From assembly GCA_964643795.1 (NCBI GenBank), contig CAZXUC010000003.1, positions 13,549 through 77,548 of the forward strand: 64,000 nt of DNA, given 5' to 3'. This DNA is from an uncultured Halobacteriales archaeon (GTDB lineage: Archaea > Thermoplasmatota > E2 > JACPAO01 > JAHFTW01). Every line of letters starts with the position of its first letter. The first letter of the stretch is position 1. A program made the position numbers and the translations under genes. Under the pieces are notes generated by a model that did no database searches, was not told the origin of the DNA, and saw only the letters and a program-made list of their open reading frames with translations. Shown here piece after piece: positions 43,112-52,115 of this stretch.

Positions 43112-44434
43112 TTATGGACGCCTTCGTACCGAGACCGGCGCGACCGTGGCTGACCGCGACGCCCGCTGCGGGGGCGGCGGGGCCATCATGGCCTGCATCC
43201 ACGGCCGCCCCATCATCCAGACGGCAATGCTGCAGAAGACGTTCGTGAGCAGGATGACGACGGCCGCATACGAACCGAAATCCTTTGCTTCAGGAAACTC
43301 GAAGACCTGGAATGGTACCTGGCTGAGGGCGGCGGCCGCCAGTCCGAGCGGGAACATCGCGCCTACCGCGAACTGGTCCACGCGGGCCACCTTGGAGCGC
43401 CAGAACACGATGGCGGTGCCCCAAAACCTGCCTGCAATGACGGCGGCTGTCAGCAGGAGGCCGACCAGGAGGAAGCGCGGTTGCTTGAGCACCTCGAGGT
43501 CGAGCACGACGCCCAATCCGACGAAGAAGAAGGACCGAATCAAGAACACCACTTCGTGATGGAATCCTGCCAGAGTCTCGGTAAAGACCGGGACGGCAAG
43601 CGGTCGTGCCTCGCCCGTGCTGCGCTTGGGACGTCGCGTGCTTGCTTCCACGAAGGCCTCGGTCTTCTTGCTGTTGCCGATGACAAGGCCGAACGCCAGC
43701 ACCGCCATGGGTCCAGAGCCATCGAGGTGTTCGGTCACTGCATGCAGGAGGAACAACGCCGCGAGCGTCAGGACGTACTCGTAGCCATGCACGAGGCGCG
43801 AAGAGAGGATGCGGCTCCACAGGAATCCGGCCGCGGTTCCGGCCACGATGCCGATGGAGAAGACGAGGAAGAGTTCACGCGCGAATTCCCCTGGAGCCGT
43901 GAGTTGGAACTTGATGGCCGTGGCTAGCCCGTAGACGCCAACGATGACGAGCACGTCGGACACGGCCGCTTCAATGGAGACGACGGTCACGGTGTTGTGT
44001 TCGACGCCGAGTTGCCGAATCATGGGCATGACGATGACGGCGCCTGCGCCACCGAAGGCCATGCCGAGAAGCAGCGCGTGCAGGACGGGGAGCCCCGCAA
44101 CGAAGTGGCCGACGGCGGCACCAAGCAGCGCGGTCGCAGAGAAGACGAGGACGGCAAGCAGGGCGCCCTTGGCAACGCCCGTGCGCAGGTCACGCATTTG
44201 GATTTCGAGGCCGCCGTCGAAGAGGATGAGGATGATGGCGATGGTCCCGATGAGGGGGCTGAGGTTACGGAAGCCTTCGACGTCGACAAAATGCAAGAGG
44301 GGTCCCAGCACGACGCCGAGGACCATGAGGAAGAGCACCTCCGGCAGGCGGAAGCGCCGGAAGCCAAGGGCCGCGAGGAAGGCACCGCCGATGATGACCC
44401 CCACGGCGACCAGGAGGGCTTCGGCGTCTGCCAT
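43112..44434 (-). CDS. Cation:proton antiporter (CPA1, NhaP-like)
   Basis: 440 aa, about 12 TM. LPEVLFLMVLGVVLGP, LILFDGGLE. Confidence 0.85.
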   Translation of the reverse strand: MADAEALLVAVGVIIGGAFLAALGFRRFRLPEVLFLMVLGVVLGPLLHFVDVEGFRNLSPLIGTIAIILILFDGGLEIQMRDLRTGVAKGALLAVLVFSATALLGAAVGHFVAGLPVLHALLLGMAFGGAGAVIVMPMIRQLGVEHNTVTVVSIEAAVSDVLVIVGVYGLATAIKFQLTAPGEFARELFLVFSIGIVAGTAAGFLWSRILSSRLVHGYEYVLTLAALFLLHAVTEHLDGSGPMAVLAFGLVIGNSKKTEAFVEASTRRPKRSTGEARPLAVPVFTETLAGFHHEVVFLIRSFFFVGLGVVLDLEVLKQPRFLLVGLLLTAAVIAGRFWGTAIVFWRSKVARVDQFAVGAMFPLGLAAAALSQVPFQVFEFPEAKDFGSYAAVVILLTNVFCSIAVWMMGRPWMQAMMAPPPPQRASRSATVAPVSVRRRP

Positions 44435-44520
44435 CCAGAGGCCAGAATCGGAGGGGGCTTAGACTCTTCCTGCGCTCTTCACCCGAGGGAGGGCATCCTT
44501 GCCACGACCCCCATGTCGGC

Positions 44521-44590
44521 ACGCGGAACGCACGGAACCGCGCGGAAAACGGCAGGACGGTTCGTTCCGCGGGTTCCGCGGGTTCCGCGT
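44521..44590. repeat. S-type word hairpin (CGCGGAAC words / GTTCCGCG words)
   Basis: ACGCGGAACGCACGGAACCGCGCGGAA ... TTCCGCGGGTTCCGCGGGTTCCGCGT. Confidence 0.75.
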
Positions 44591-44647
44591 GTAAGTCCTT
44601 GGGCGGAAGCGGCTCCTTGTTCCTATCGCCGGCGTAGTGGGCGACGC

Positions 44648-45808
44648 TCAATAGACTTCCAACAGCATCGCGAACCCTTGCCCGCCGCCGACGCACATCG
44701 TCTCGATGGCAAGCCCGCCGCCCTTGCGGTGCAGGTTGTTGATGATGTGGCTCGCAATCCTGGTCCCAGTTGCGCCGAGCGGATGCCCGAGGGCGATGGC
44801 TCCGCCGTTCGGATTTACGATATCCTCCGGTACGCCGAGGGAACGGATGGAGGCGAGCACTTGGCTGGCGAACGCCTCGTTGATCTCGAATTGATCGATG
44901 TCGGCGAGTTTCACGCCCGTCCGTTTGAGGAGCTTCTGCACGGCGGGGATGGGACCGATTCCCATGACCTCTGGCTCGACGCCCGCGACGGCTGCTCCCA
45001 CGATGCTTGCCTTCGGTTCCAGGTCGTGTTCCTCCGCGAATTCGGCGCTCGTGATGAGGCTCATCGCGGCCCCGTCTGACATTTGGCTCGCGTTGCCGGC
45101 CGTCACCGTGCCGCCCACCGGCAGGAATGCGGGTTTGAGCGTAGCCGTCGCCTCGTACGTCGAACCGTACCGGATGCCTTCGTCCTTTGCCACCACGACA
45201 GGCCTTCCGTCTGGCCCGGGGACGGTGACGGGGATAATCTCGCCGTCGAAAAGGCCGGACTTCTGCGCGGCCTCGGCGCGGTTGTGCGACCGCACGCCCC
45301 ACCTGTCCATGTCTTCTCGCGTCACCGTGTAGCGTTTCGCCACTTCCTCGGCGGTGAGGCCCATGGCGTTGTAGTACGTCTTGCGGCGGTCCCACATGCG
45401 GGGATTGACGTAGAGTTCTGGCGTCATTCCCACCATCGGAATGAGGCTCATCGTCTCGACGCCGCCGGCGACGATGCACTCGCTCCAACCTTGCTGAATC
45501 TGGGCATGGGCGACGGCCATCGCGTAGGCCGAGGAGGAACAGAATCGATTGATTGTTGCGGCGCCGGATGAATCAGGAAGCCCGCCGAGCAGGGCCACTT
45601 GACGCGCAACGTTGTACCCCTGCGGCCCCTCCGTCATTGCGCAGCCGATGAGTGCGTCCTCGACTAACTTCGGGTCCAACTTGGTGCGCTTCAGTAGGCC
45701 CTCGATGCACCACGCACCTAGGTCGTCGCTGCGGGTCTTCGCGAAGGCTCCCTTGAAGGCGCGGCCGATGGGGGTGCGTACGGCGTCGATGATGACGGGG
45801 TCGTCCAC
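44648..45808 (-). CDS. Acetyl-CoA C-acetyltransferase (thiolase)
   Basis: INRFCSSS (active-site Cys), NPNGGAIALGHPLGATG, CVGGGQG. Confidence 0.92.
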   Translation of the reverse strand: MDDPVIIDAVRTPIGRAFKGAFAKTRSDDLGAWCIEGLLKRTKLDPKLVEDALIGCAMTEGPQGYNVARQVALLGGLPDSSGAATINRFCSSSAYAMAVAHAQIQQGWSECIVAGGVETMSLIPMVGMTPELYVNPRMWDRRKTYYNAMGLTAEEVAKRYTVTREDMDRWGVRSHNRAEAAQKSGLFDGEIIPVTVPGPDGRPVVVAKDEGIRYGSTYEATATLKPAFLPVGGTVTAGNASQMSDGAAMSLITSAEFAEEHDLEPKASIVGAAVAGVEPEVMGIGPIPAVQKLLKRTGVKLADIDQFEINEAFASQVLASIRSLGVPEDIVNPNGGAIALGHPLGATGTRIASHIINNLHRKGGGLAIETMCVGGGQGFAMLLEVY

Positions 45809-45868
45809 GCCGGGCGAATCGGGTGCCAGGAGAAAAGCGGAAGGGTGGGAGTTCGGCCTGGCACAGGG

Positions 45869-45885
45869 GCGACCTCAACCTTGAA
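45869..45885 (+). promoter_or_regulatory. Conserved motif GCGACCTCAACCTTGAA (putative BRE/TATA) upstream of propeller gene 1
   Basis: Identical 17-mer at 49827-49843. Both lie about 24-25 nt upstream of the ATG. Confidence 0.5.
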
Positions 45886-45909
45886 AGCCCAGAAAGCGAG
45901 TCGGGCTCG

Positions 45910-48192
45910 ATGGTCTGGTCGGCGGGGCCCCGTACGCTGGTCGTAGCCACCTTGCTCATGGTTGGCGGGTGCGCGCCGGCGGCCGAGGGGGATTGGTTGC
46001 AACCGGGCGGCGATGGAATGGGTACCGGTCAAGCCCAGGGGGACGGGCCTGCCTACCGCGATGTGGCGCTTTCCCTGGACATCCCTGGAGCGGCTGGTTG
46101 CGGGTCATGCAATGACGTGCCTCGCCCCTTGATTGTAGCGGATTCCATCTTCGCGCTCGTGGTGACGGACCTCGGCGGCATTGCGTCGCGCGTGACGTCG
46201 ACGCTGTTCGAGATCCCCCTCGACACCGGCCTTCCTGTCGAGCGAGCGTCGGTAAGCTCCCCCCAGCGCGACGTTGCATGGCTCACAAGTGACGGCACTT
46301 GGGTCTTCATCGTCACCCAGCAGGAGGCCCATGGATACTCGCTCGAAACACGGCGCCTCGAATGGACAACCCCGCTCCGGCCGCACGAGGAGATTTCACC
46401 ATCCCTCCCGCCTGGCGCCGAAATCCTGAATGCGGCGCTCGAGCAAGCTGTGCGTCAATCATGTGGACCACCGGCGGTGCACAACGGAACGCTGCTCATC
46501 GCATGCATCTGGCGGCTAGGCGTCGTCCCCGACCTCGTCCCGTACGTCGTAGGCCTACGCAATTCGACGGGGGCGCTTGTCGCTGGACCCTATGAGTCGC
46601 GCTTCGGGCCGCTCTCGCACCAGGAATTCATGGCGGACCCTCAGGCTCTCGCCAGCTATTGGGCGGACCAGGCGGCCTTCGGCCAGAATTCGCCTGCGCT
46701 CGCGGTTGTTCGCGGCGTGGCCACGGACGGTCGCTACGTTACAGTGGCGATCGACGTCCCAATTCGGACCTCTACAGCGATCGAGGAGGCCCCGGATTAC
46801 GGGCTGTGGCGCCTGTGGGTCATCGACATGGCGGCGTCGGACGCACCGTTGGAAGGCCAGTGGGTCTTCGACGAAGACACCGATCAAGTCTCCCAGGGAA
46901 CAAATTTCCTTTCGGCGCCCACCATCGTCGGCCCGGACGTGCTCATCGCCCACAATGTCGTCCACCGGTTCCGCCTCGCCCGCGCTGATCCCATCGCCGA
47001 CCACCAGGAGTCGAACAACCTGCGCGATGGCCAAAGCCTCGAATTCGATCAGGGCGCCGGGCTTTCCGTTGCGGGCGGGCACCTCGTGGCTGGAATCGCG
47101 CACCGCCTCTACCGGTTAGATCCCAACCTGTTCCCCATGTGGCGCTACGACCTGGACTCGGGTCAGCGCTGGCAACCCCAGGGGCTGGTCTCAGCAGGCG
47201 AAACCGTGTACGGAGTGAGTGCAGGTTCGAACGAGCTGTCCACCATCCACGGGGTCAACGCGCAGACCGGGGAGCCTGTTTGGGACTTCCCCATGGACCG
47301 CGGCCGGCGCGTGGGCATCGCCGTGAGCGACGGGGTCATGGCGATTCAGGGGGTTTGGGGCAACATCGTCGTCCTTGGCCGACTCCCCTTGTCAATCCAG
47401 CCCGAAGTAGAAAGGACGGAGGCCTATCCTCAACCCGGAGAGGTCGTCCGCGTCGATCTCGGGGAAACTGGCCCGGGCGCATTTGGCCCCGCAACGGAAT
47501 TCCGGGCCGAGTGGGGCGATGGCGAAGTGGACAACTGGCAGGCGGGTCCAGTGTTCCGCCACGTGTACTCCGATGCTGGCGACATGGAGGCTCGGTTCAC
47601 GGCACGAAACGCCCAGAACCAGACATCCTCCGAGGCCATGACGTTCTTCGTCGGCCAGTACCCGCCCGGACAACGCTTCTGGAACGACCCCCTCGACGAG
47701 CGCTACCAGGAGCAATTCTACTTCGTTCTCGGTCTCTTGGCCACCGCCATCATCGCCCTCGTCGGCTTCTATCGGGTCGGACGCAAGCGGCGCCGCCTGG
47801 ACCATGAACTGCGGGACTTAGAAGCCGAGTACAAGCGTCTCGTTGACGATCCGGCGAGCTGCGACTCGATGCTCTCCGAGAAAAAAGCAAAGGCGCGTTC
47901 CCTCTTCTTGCAGAAGAAACTGGAGGAGGCGCACTCGAACTTCCTGGAGCGCCGCATCGACGAATTGCGCCAGGGTTTGCGCGTCTCGGCCGTCGACGAG
48001 AAACTCAAGTTCCTCCCCCACGGCATGGTCCAACACCTGCGCCGCCTACTGCACGACGGCAAAATTGACGCCTGGGAGCGCAGCCACTTCCTCGACGCAT
48101 TGGAGCGGGAGACCACCTTGAACAAGACGCAACGGCAGCAAGTGCGATCGCTCGTCGAGGGATGGTTCGCAAGGGATGCTCAAACGCGGTGA
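45910..48192 (+). CDS. Surface protein: signal/lipobox + PQQ-like beta-propeller + PKD-like domain + TM + conserved cytoplasmic helical domain (paralogue 1)
   Basis: MVWSAGPRTLVVATLLMVGGC; DWLQPGGDG; PVWDFPMDRGRRVGIAVSDGVMAI; PQPGEVVRVDL...WGDGEVDNWQ; TM FYFVLGLLATAIIALVGFY; C-terminus ...LKFLPHGMVQHLRRLLHDGKIDAWERSHF...VRSLVEGWF. Confidence 0.75.
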   Translation: MVWSAGPRTLVVATLLMVGGCAPAAEGDWLQPGGDGMGTGQAQGDGPAYRDVALSLDIPGAAGCGSCNDVPRPLIVADSIFALVVTDLGGIASRVTSTLFEIPLDTGLPVERASVSSPQRDVAWLTSDGTWVFIVTQQEAHGYSLETRRLEWTTPLRPHEEISPSLPPGAEILNAALEQAVRQSCGPPAVHNGTLLIACIWRLGVVPDLVPYVVGLRNSTGALVAGPYESRFGPLSHQEFMADPQALASYWADQAAFGQNSPALAVVRGVATDGRYVTVAIDVPIRTSTAIEEAPDYGLWRLWVIDMAASDAPLEGQWVFDEDTDQVSQGTNFLSAPTIVGPDVLIAHNVVHRFRLARADPIADHQESNNLRDGQSLEFDQGAGLSVAGGHLVAGIAHRLYRLDPNLFPMWRYDLDSGQRWQPQGLVSAGETVYGVSAGSNELSTIHGVNAQTGEPVWDFPMDRGRRVGIAVSDGVMAIQGVWGNIVVLGRLPLSIQPEVERTEAYPQPGEVVRVDLGETGPGAFGPATEFRAEWGDGEVDNWQAGPVFRHVYSDAGDMEARFTARNAQNQTSSEAMTFFVGQYPPGQRFWNDPLDERYQEQFYFVLGLLATAIIALVGFYRVGRKRRRLDHELRDLEAEYKRLVDDPASCDSMLSEKKAKARSLFLQKKLEEAHSNFLERRIDELRQGLRVSAVDEKLKFLPHGMVQHLRRLLHDGKIDAWERSHFLDALERETTLNKTQRQQVRSLVEGWFARDAQTR

Positions 48193-48453
48193 CCCGTCCC
48201 GCTCGTGTTTTCCTTGTTTGCGCCGCCTACCTACGACAGGTGGAGGACGAGCGTGTTGCGCTCGACGTCGCGTGGCCAGTAGGTGCCGCGGCGAAACGCC
48301 CCACTTCGTAGCCCAAGTCTTGGCACCCTCCCCCCCACCGGCTATCTCTCGAACGCACCAAGCAATCTGGCGGTCCGTCAGCTTGACCACCCTGCTGATG
48401 GACGCCCGCCGATAAGCAAGGCTGCGACATAATTGTTGGACGCCACACATCAT
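48193..48453 (-). pseudogene. Orphan resolvase/transposase-type HTH ORF (possible mobile-element remnant)
   Basis: ORF 48046-48453. KLTDRQIAWCVREIAGGGEGAKTWATKWGVSPRHL fits the LTxxQI...A..GVSxR HTH pattern. The rest is Arg-rich and overlaps the 3' end of the neighbouring gene. Confidence 0.3.
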
Positions 48454-48473
48454 ATCCGCCTCAACGGTTAAGA

Positions 48474-49775
48474 ATGGGGCCTTTTGTCTCGCCCACGGTG
48501 CTGCCGATGCGTGAGCTACGAGTGTCCATTGCCTGCCTTGTGACTACCCTGGTTGCGTTCTCGGGTTGCGCCGAGGACGCGGCGACAAACGACGACGATT
48601 CCGGGTCCCTTGGGGCGACTCTCGTGCTGTCGGACGTCGCAGGCGACGCACGGGAGCCAACCGACGTCTTGGGCGCGACCCTCAGCGAAACGCCGGAATC
48701 CCTAGTCATCGAGATTGCAGTTCCGACGCTGCCTCAGGATTTCTCGACCTGGATGCGCTCCGACCTGTCCTGGCTGTGGATGGACGTATGTTGGGGTGAC
48801 CAGGGCAGCGACCCGGATCGGCCAGAATTCGAAGCCTGCGCCGGCCTCACCATCGACAACTCGGGCCCGGTTGCAGACGTGCGCGCGCACTTCGGCGTGT
48901 ACGACGAGGAGGGCTGCAACGACTGGTGGTGGTGTGAATGGAGCGTCCCATACGAACTGACGCCTGGCACGCCGGGCAAGGTCGTGATCACGGTGCCCCG
49001 TGCGTTGTTGCCCGCCGGCGACCAAGGGGACAACTTGACCACGCCCGTGCTGTACAGTAACTCGGCCTACGATGCGGGAGCCCTAAGGTCCACCAACTTG
49101 CCGAGATACTTCGCCGGTGTCGACGCTCCGGTCGTCGGAAATCGGTACGCGTCCGGCCCACCGACGGAGGGCACACGGGAAAAGGATACGTCCACGCCCG
49201 GGGCGGACTTCACGTTCCGCACGGCACGAACGGCGTCGACATTGCCCGCCTCGTTGACCATCATGCAGGACCAAGCCGGCGACGTGGCTGCCGCCGGTCG
49301 AGTCCGAGCCGACCTGGACATCACGGCAGTGGACCTCGAGCCGACCGACAGCAGCCTGACTTGGCGCATCACCGTAAGCGAGGTCGGGCCGGCTCCAACG
49401 CATGCGTTCTACGCGTCGCTTGGAATCGGCACGACCGTCTTGGAAGCCTGGTACAACGCCGTCGGCGGCGTCTTAAGTGGACCAGGCGGCGGTTACTGCA
49501 CCCCCGGATGCAACGGCTACACGGATTACCCCATAACGGTGGAATTCGAGCCGGGGTCGCCGGGTGCCATCCTGGTCTCAATCGCGAAGGCGGACTTGCC
49601 GGATGATCTCTATGAGCACCGTGTAAATCTCGTGGACTTCTACCTGTACGAAGGAGACGGGACTGGCACCTGGATGCTGCCGGTACCACTACCGGCGTTT
49701 GCTTCGGCCGGTGTGTATAGCCCCGGCGATTGGGCGTGGGGCGCCGAGCCCGTGACGTACGGCGCGGCGGCGTGA
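48474..49775 (+). CDS. Lipoprotein, unknown function (partner of propeller gene 1)
   Basis: Lipobox LVAFSGC. 433 aa. Trp/Cys-rich segment CNDWWWCEW. Confidence 0.65.
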   Translation: MGPFVSPTVLPMRELRVSIACLVTTLVAFSGCAEDAATNDDDSGSLGATLVLSDVAGDAREPTDVLGATLSETPESLVIEIAVPTLPQDFSTWMRSDLSWLWMDVCWGDQGSDPDRPEFEACAGLTIDNSGPVADVRAHFGVYDEEGCNDWWWCEWSVPYELTPGTPGKVVITVPRALLPAGDQGDNLTTPVLYSNSAYDAGALRSTNLPRYFAGVDAPVVGNRYASGPPTEGTREKDTSTPGADFTFRTARTASTLPASLTIMQDQAGDVAAAGRVRADLDITAVDLEPTDSSLTWRITVSEVGPAPTHAFYASLGIGTTVLEAWYNAVGGVLSGPGGGYCTPGCNGYTDYPITVEFEPGSPGAILVSIAKADLPDDLYEHRVNLVDFYLYEGDGTGTWMLPVPLPAFASAGVYSPGDWAWGAEPVTYGAAA

Positions 49776-49826
49776 CCTGGCGACGAACGCGATGCCCCGA
49801 GGTACGCATCACGGCAAGGTGCACGA

Positions 49827-49843
49827 GCGACCTCAACCTTGAA
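49827..49843 (+). promoter_or_regulatory. Conserved motif GCGACCTCAACCTTGAA upstream of propeller gene 2
   Basis: See 45869-45885. Confidence 0.5.
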
Positions 49844-49868
49844 GAAGTCGCCAGGGAAGTCGGGGCCA

Positions 49869-52115
49869 ATGGTCGGTCGCGTGGTCGCGCGTTGGCAGGT
49901 TGCACTAGCGGTGGCACTGGTGGGGGCCGGGTGGGCTCCCGCGGTGCAGGCGGATTGGTTGCAAGCCGGCGTGGACGCGCAGCGCACCGGTTACACGGAT
50001 GAGAACGGTCCGGCCTGGAGCGATGTTGCGTACACGCTGGCCCTGAACGTCTCTAAGAACCAGGAGCCGCCAGTGTCGATCGCAATCGTCGCTGGCAAGG
50101 CGTACGTCGGGGCTTGGAAATGGCCAAGCCATTCAACCATCTACGAGATCGAGCTCGGGACGGCGCAATGGCGTGAATTCGCGCGGCCAATCGTGGACAA
50201 CCCGCTCTCCGCGGGGCCAAATGGCGGGTACGAAACCCGGGCGCCCCTCGAGTTCGCAAGCGACGGAGTGCATTTTTTTGCTCTCTTCGACCCGGGCGAG
50301 GTCCAGGCCTTCGACCTTTCCACGGGTGACCTGGAATGGAAACTGCGCATTACCAATGCGACGGTCCTGCACGATGCAACATGGCCAGTGACGAATCTGG
50401 ACCCTGGGCAGCCTTGCCGTCGTGGCTCCGAACTGGCACTGGCCAACGGAACGCTCTATGTCGCCTGCGACATCAACCAATCGACGGCCGTGGCCGTTTC
50501 AGCCATCAATATCACGGCGGGGCGGCTCGTTTGGACCCACGTCCTGCAAGCGGCCGGCGCGCTCTTGCTTCCGACGCCCAGCCCTTTGGTTTACCCCACG
50601 GGTCTTTCAATCCTGGGAGAGGTGGTGGTCGTGGCAACATACTCGGGCCCCCAGGCAGGCGGCACAACCGGAACGACGGCCGTGGACCTGGAAGCTGCTG
50701 CGTCGTCGTACCATGCCTTGCTCCGGGCGGGCAGGCCCGTGACCGGTGTTCCAGAGCAATGGGTCGGGCACGAGGAGTGGTGGGCCCAAGGCCCGCGAGG
50801 AGCGGTAAGCAACTGGCCACCTCCGGCCACGGGCAATGGCGTCCAGGTCTTCCTCGAACTGGAAAGATTGATTTTGCGTGATGCCGGCAACACGTCGCAA
50901 GCGAACGCCAGAGCGGTGCCATTCCGGCCAGTGGCGGGTGCGCCGGAGACCCCGGATCCAGGTAGCGGTTTTGTCTTGGCCCCCGAAGGGCTCTACGCCA
51001 CCAGCCAGACCGGAATCCACCGCCTGGACGAAGGCTATTCGACTCTGCGCTCCTGGACGCTGCCCCTAGGAAGCCAATGGGCTCCCGGGCCTCTGGTGCG
51101 TACTGGAAATGGAATCATCCTTGGTAGGACAGGTCCTGCCGGCGCTGGCTTCCTCGATCCGCACCCAGGCCTGCAAGCCCTGGAGGCCGTGACGTTGCGC
51201 CCGCTGTGGAACCACTACAAGGACGCCACCTTCGCGTTCGCCGTCTCCGACGGACTCGCCGTGTTGTGGTCGTACGATGGCGTGCTGCAGGTACTGGGGG
51301 CGAACGAAGTTTCGCTTCAGCCCGTGCTCCGCGTTTCGTCACGCATCCCGCAACCGGGCGACGTGGTGCGCGTCGACCTGTCAAGGTCGCACGCAGGAAC
51401 CGGCTCTTTCGGACCTCCCACGGAATTCAAGGCAAACTGGGGCGACGAAACCGAGACGGATTGGCAGGCGAGCCCAATCTTCGAGCACCGGTTCCTTGAT
51501 TCACTTGACGCTGACGCGCGGTTTTTCATCCGCAATGCGAACCAGACTTCGTCCCAGGCCGTGCTTTTTCGCGTCGGCGGCGACCCCGACCTGACGTACC
51601 TGCAGCAGCAGTTCTCGCAAGAGAACCAGGAGCGGACGTTCTTCTTCCTTGGTCTTGTCCTCACCGCTTTGGGTGCCGTTTTCGGGTTCTGGCGCCTGCG
51701 GGCCAAACGCGGCCGCCTCCAAGAAGAACTCGACGCCATCACGGCTGCATACGAGCGCAACAAGGACAACGCCACAGCCTGCGAAGCGGCGCTAGCAGAA
51801 CGCCGTGCCCATGCCCATGGATTGGCCGTGGACGGCAAACTCGACGAAGGCCAAGTCGCGCTGCTCGAACGCCGCATTGAGGAACTCCTCGGACGCCTCC
51901 GCCTCGGCGCCGTAGATGCACGCCTACACTTCCTGCCGTATGGCATGGTCTTGACGTTGCAGCAGATCCTCAAGGATGGCCAAATCAATGCGTGGGAGCA
52001 TCGCCATTTCATCGAAGCGCTAGACGGCGAACGCCTGCTCGCGGCGGGCCAGAAAAAGGAAGTCAGGACGCTCATCGATTCGTGGTTCCGAAAAGACGCG
52101 GGGGCGATGCCGTGA
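49869..52115 (+). CDS. Surface protein: signal + PQQ-like beta-propeller + PKD-like + TM + conserved cytoplasmic helical domain (paralogue 2)
   Basis: MVGRVVARWQVALAVALVGAGWAPAVQADWLQAGVDAQRTGY; PQPGDVVRVDL...WGDETETDWQ; TM FFFLGLVLTALGAVFGFW; C-terminus LHFLPYGMVLTLQQILKDGQINAWEHRHF...VRTLIDSWF. Confidence 0.75.
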   Translation: MVGRVVARWQVALAVALVGAGWAPAVQADWLQAGVDAQRTGYTDENGPAWSDVAYTLALNVSKNQEPPVSIAIVAGKAYVGAWKWPSHSTIYEIELGTAQWREFARPIVDNPLSAGPNGGYETRAPLEFASDGVHFFALFDPGEVQAFDLSTGDLEWKLRITNATVLHDATWPVTNLDPGQPCRRGSELALANGTLYVACDINQSTAVAVSAINITAGRLVWTHVLQAAGALLLPTPSPLVYPTGLSILGEVVVVATYSGPQAGGTTGTTAVDLEAAASSYHALLRAGRPVTGVPEQWVGHEEWWAQGPRGAVSNWPPPATGNGVQVFLELERLILRDAGNTSQANARAVPFRPVAGAPETPDPGSGFVLAPEGLYATSQTGIHRLDEGYSTLRSWTLPLGSQWAPGPLVRTGNGIILGRTGPAGAGFLDPHPGLQALEAVTLRPLWNHYKDATFAFAVSDGLAVLWSYDGVLQVLGANEVSLQPVLRVSSRIPQPGDVVRVDLSRSHAGTGSFGPPTEFKANWGDETETDWQASPIFEHRFLDSLDADARFFIRNANQTSSQAVLFRVGGDPDLTYLQQQFSQENQERTFFFLGLVLTALGAVFGFWRLRAKRGRLQEELDAITAAYERNKDNATACEAALAERRAHAHGLAVDGKLDEGQVALLERRIEELLGRLRLGAVDARLHFLPYGMVLTLQQILKDGQINAWEHRHFIEALDGERLLAAGQKKEVRTLIDSWFRKDAGAMP

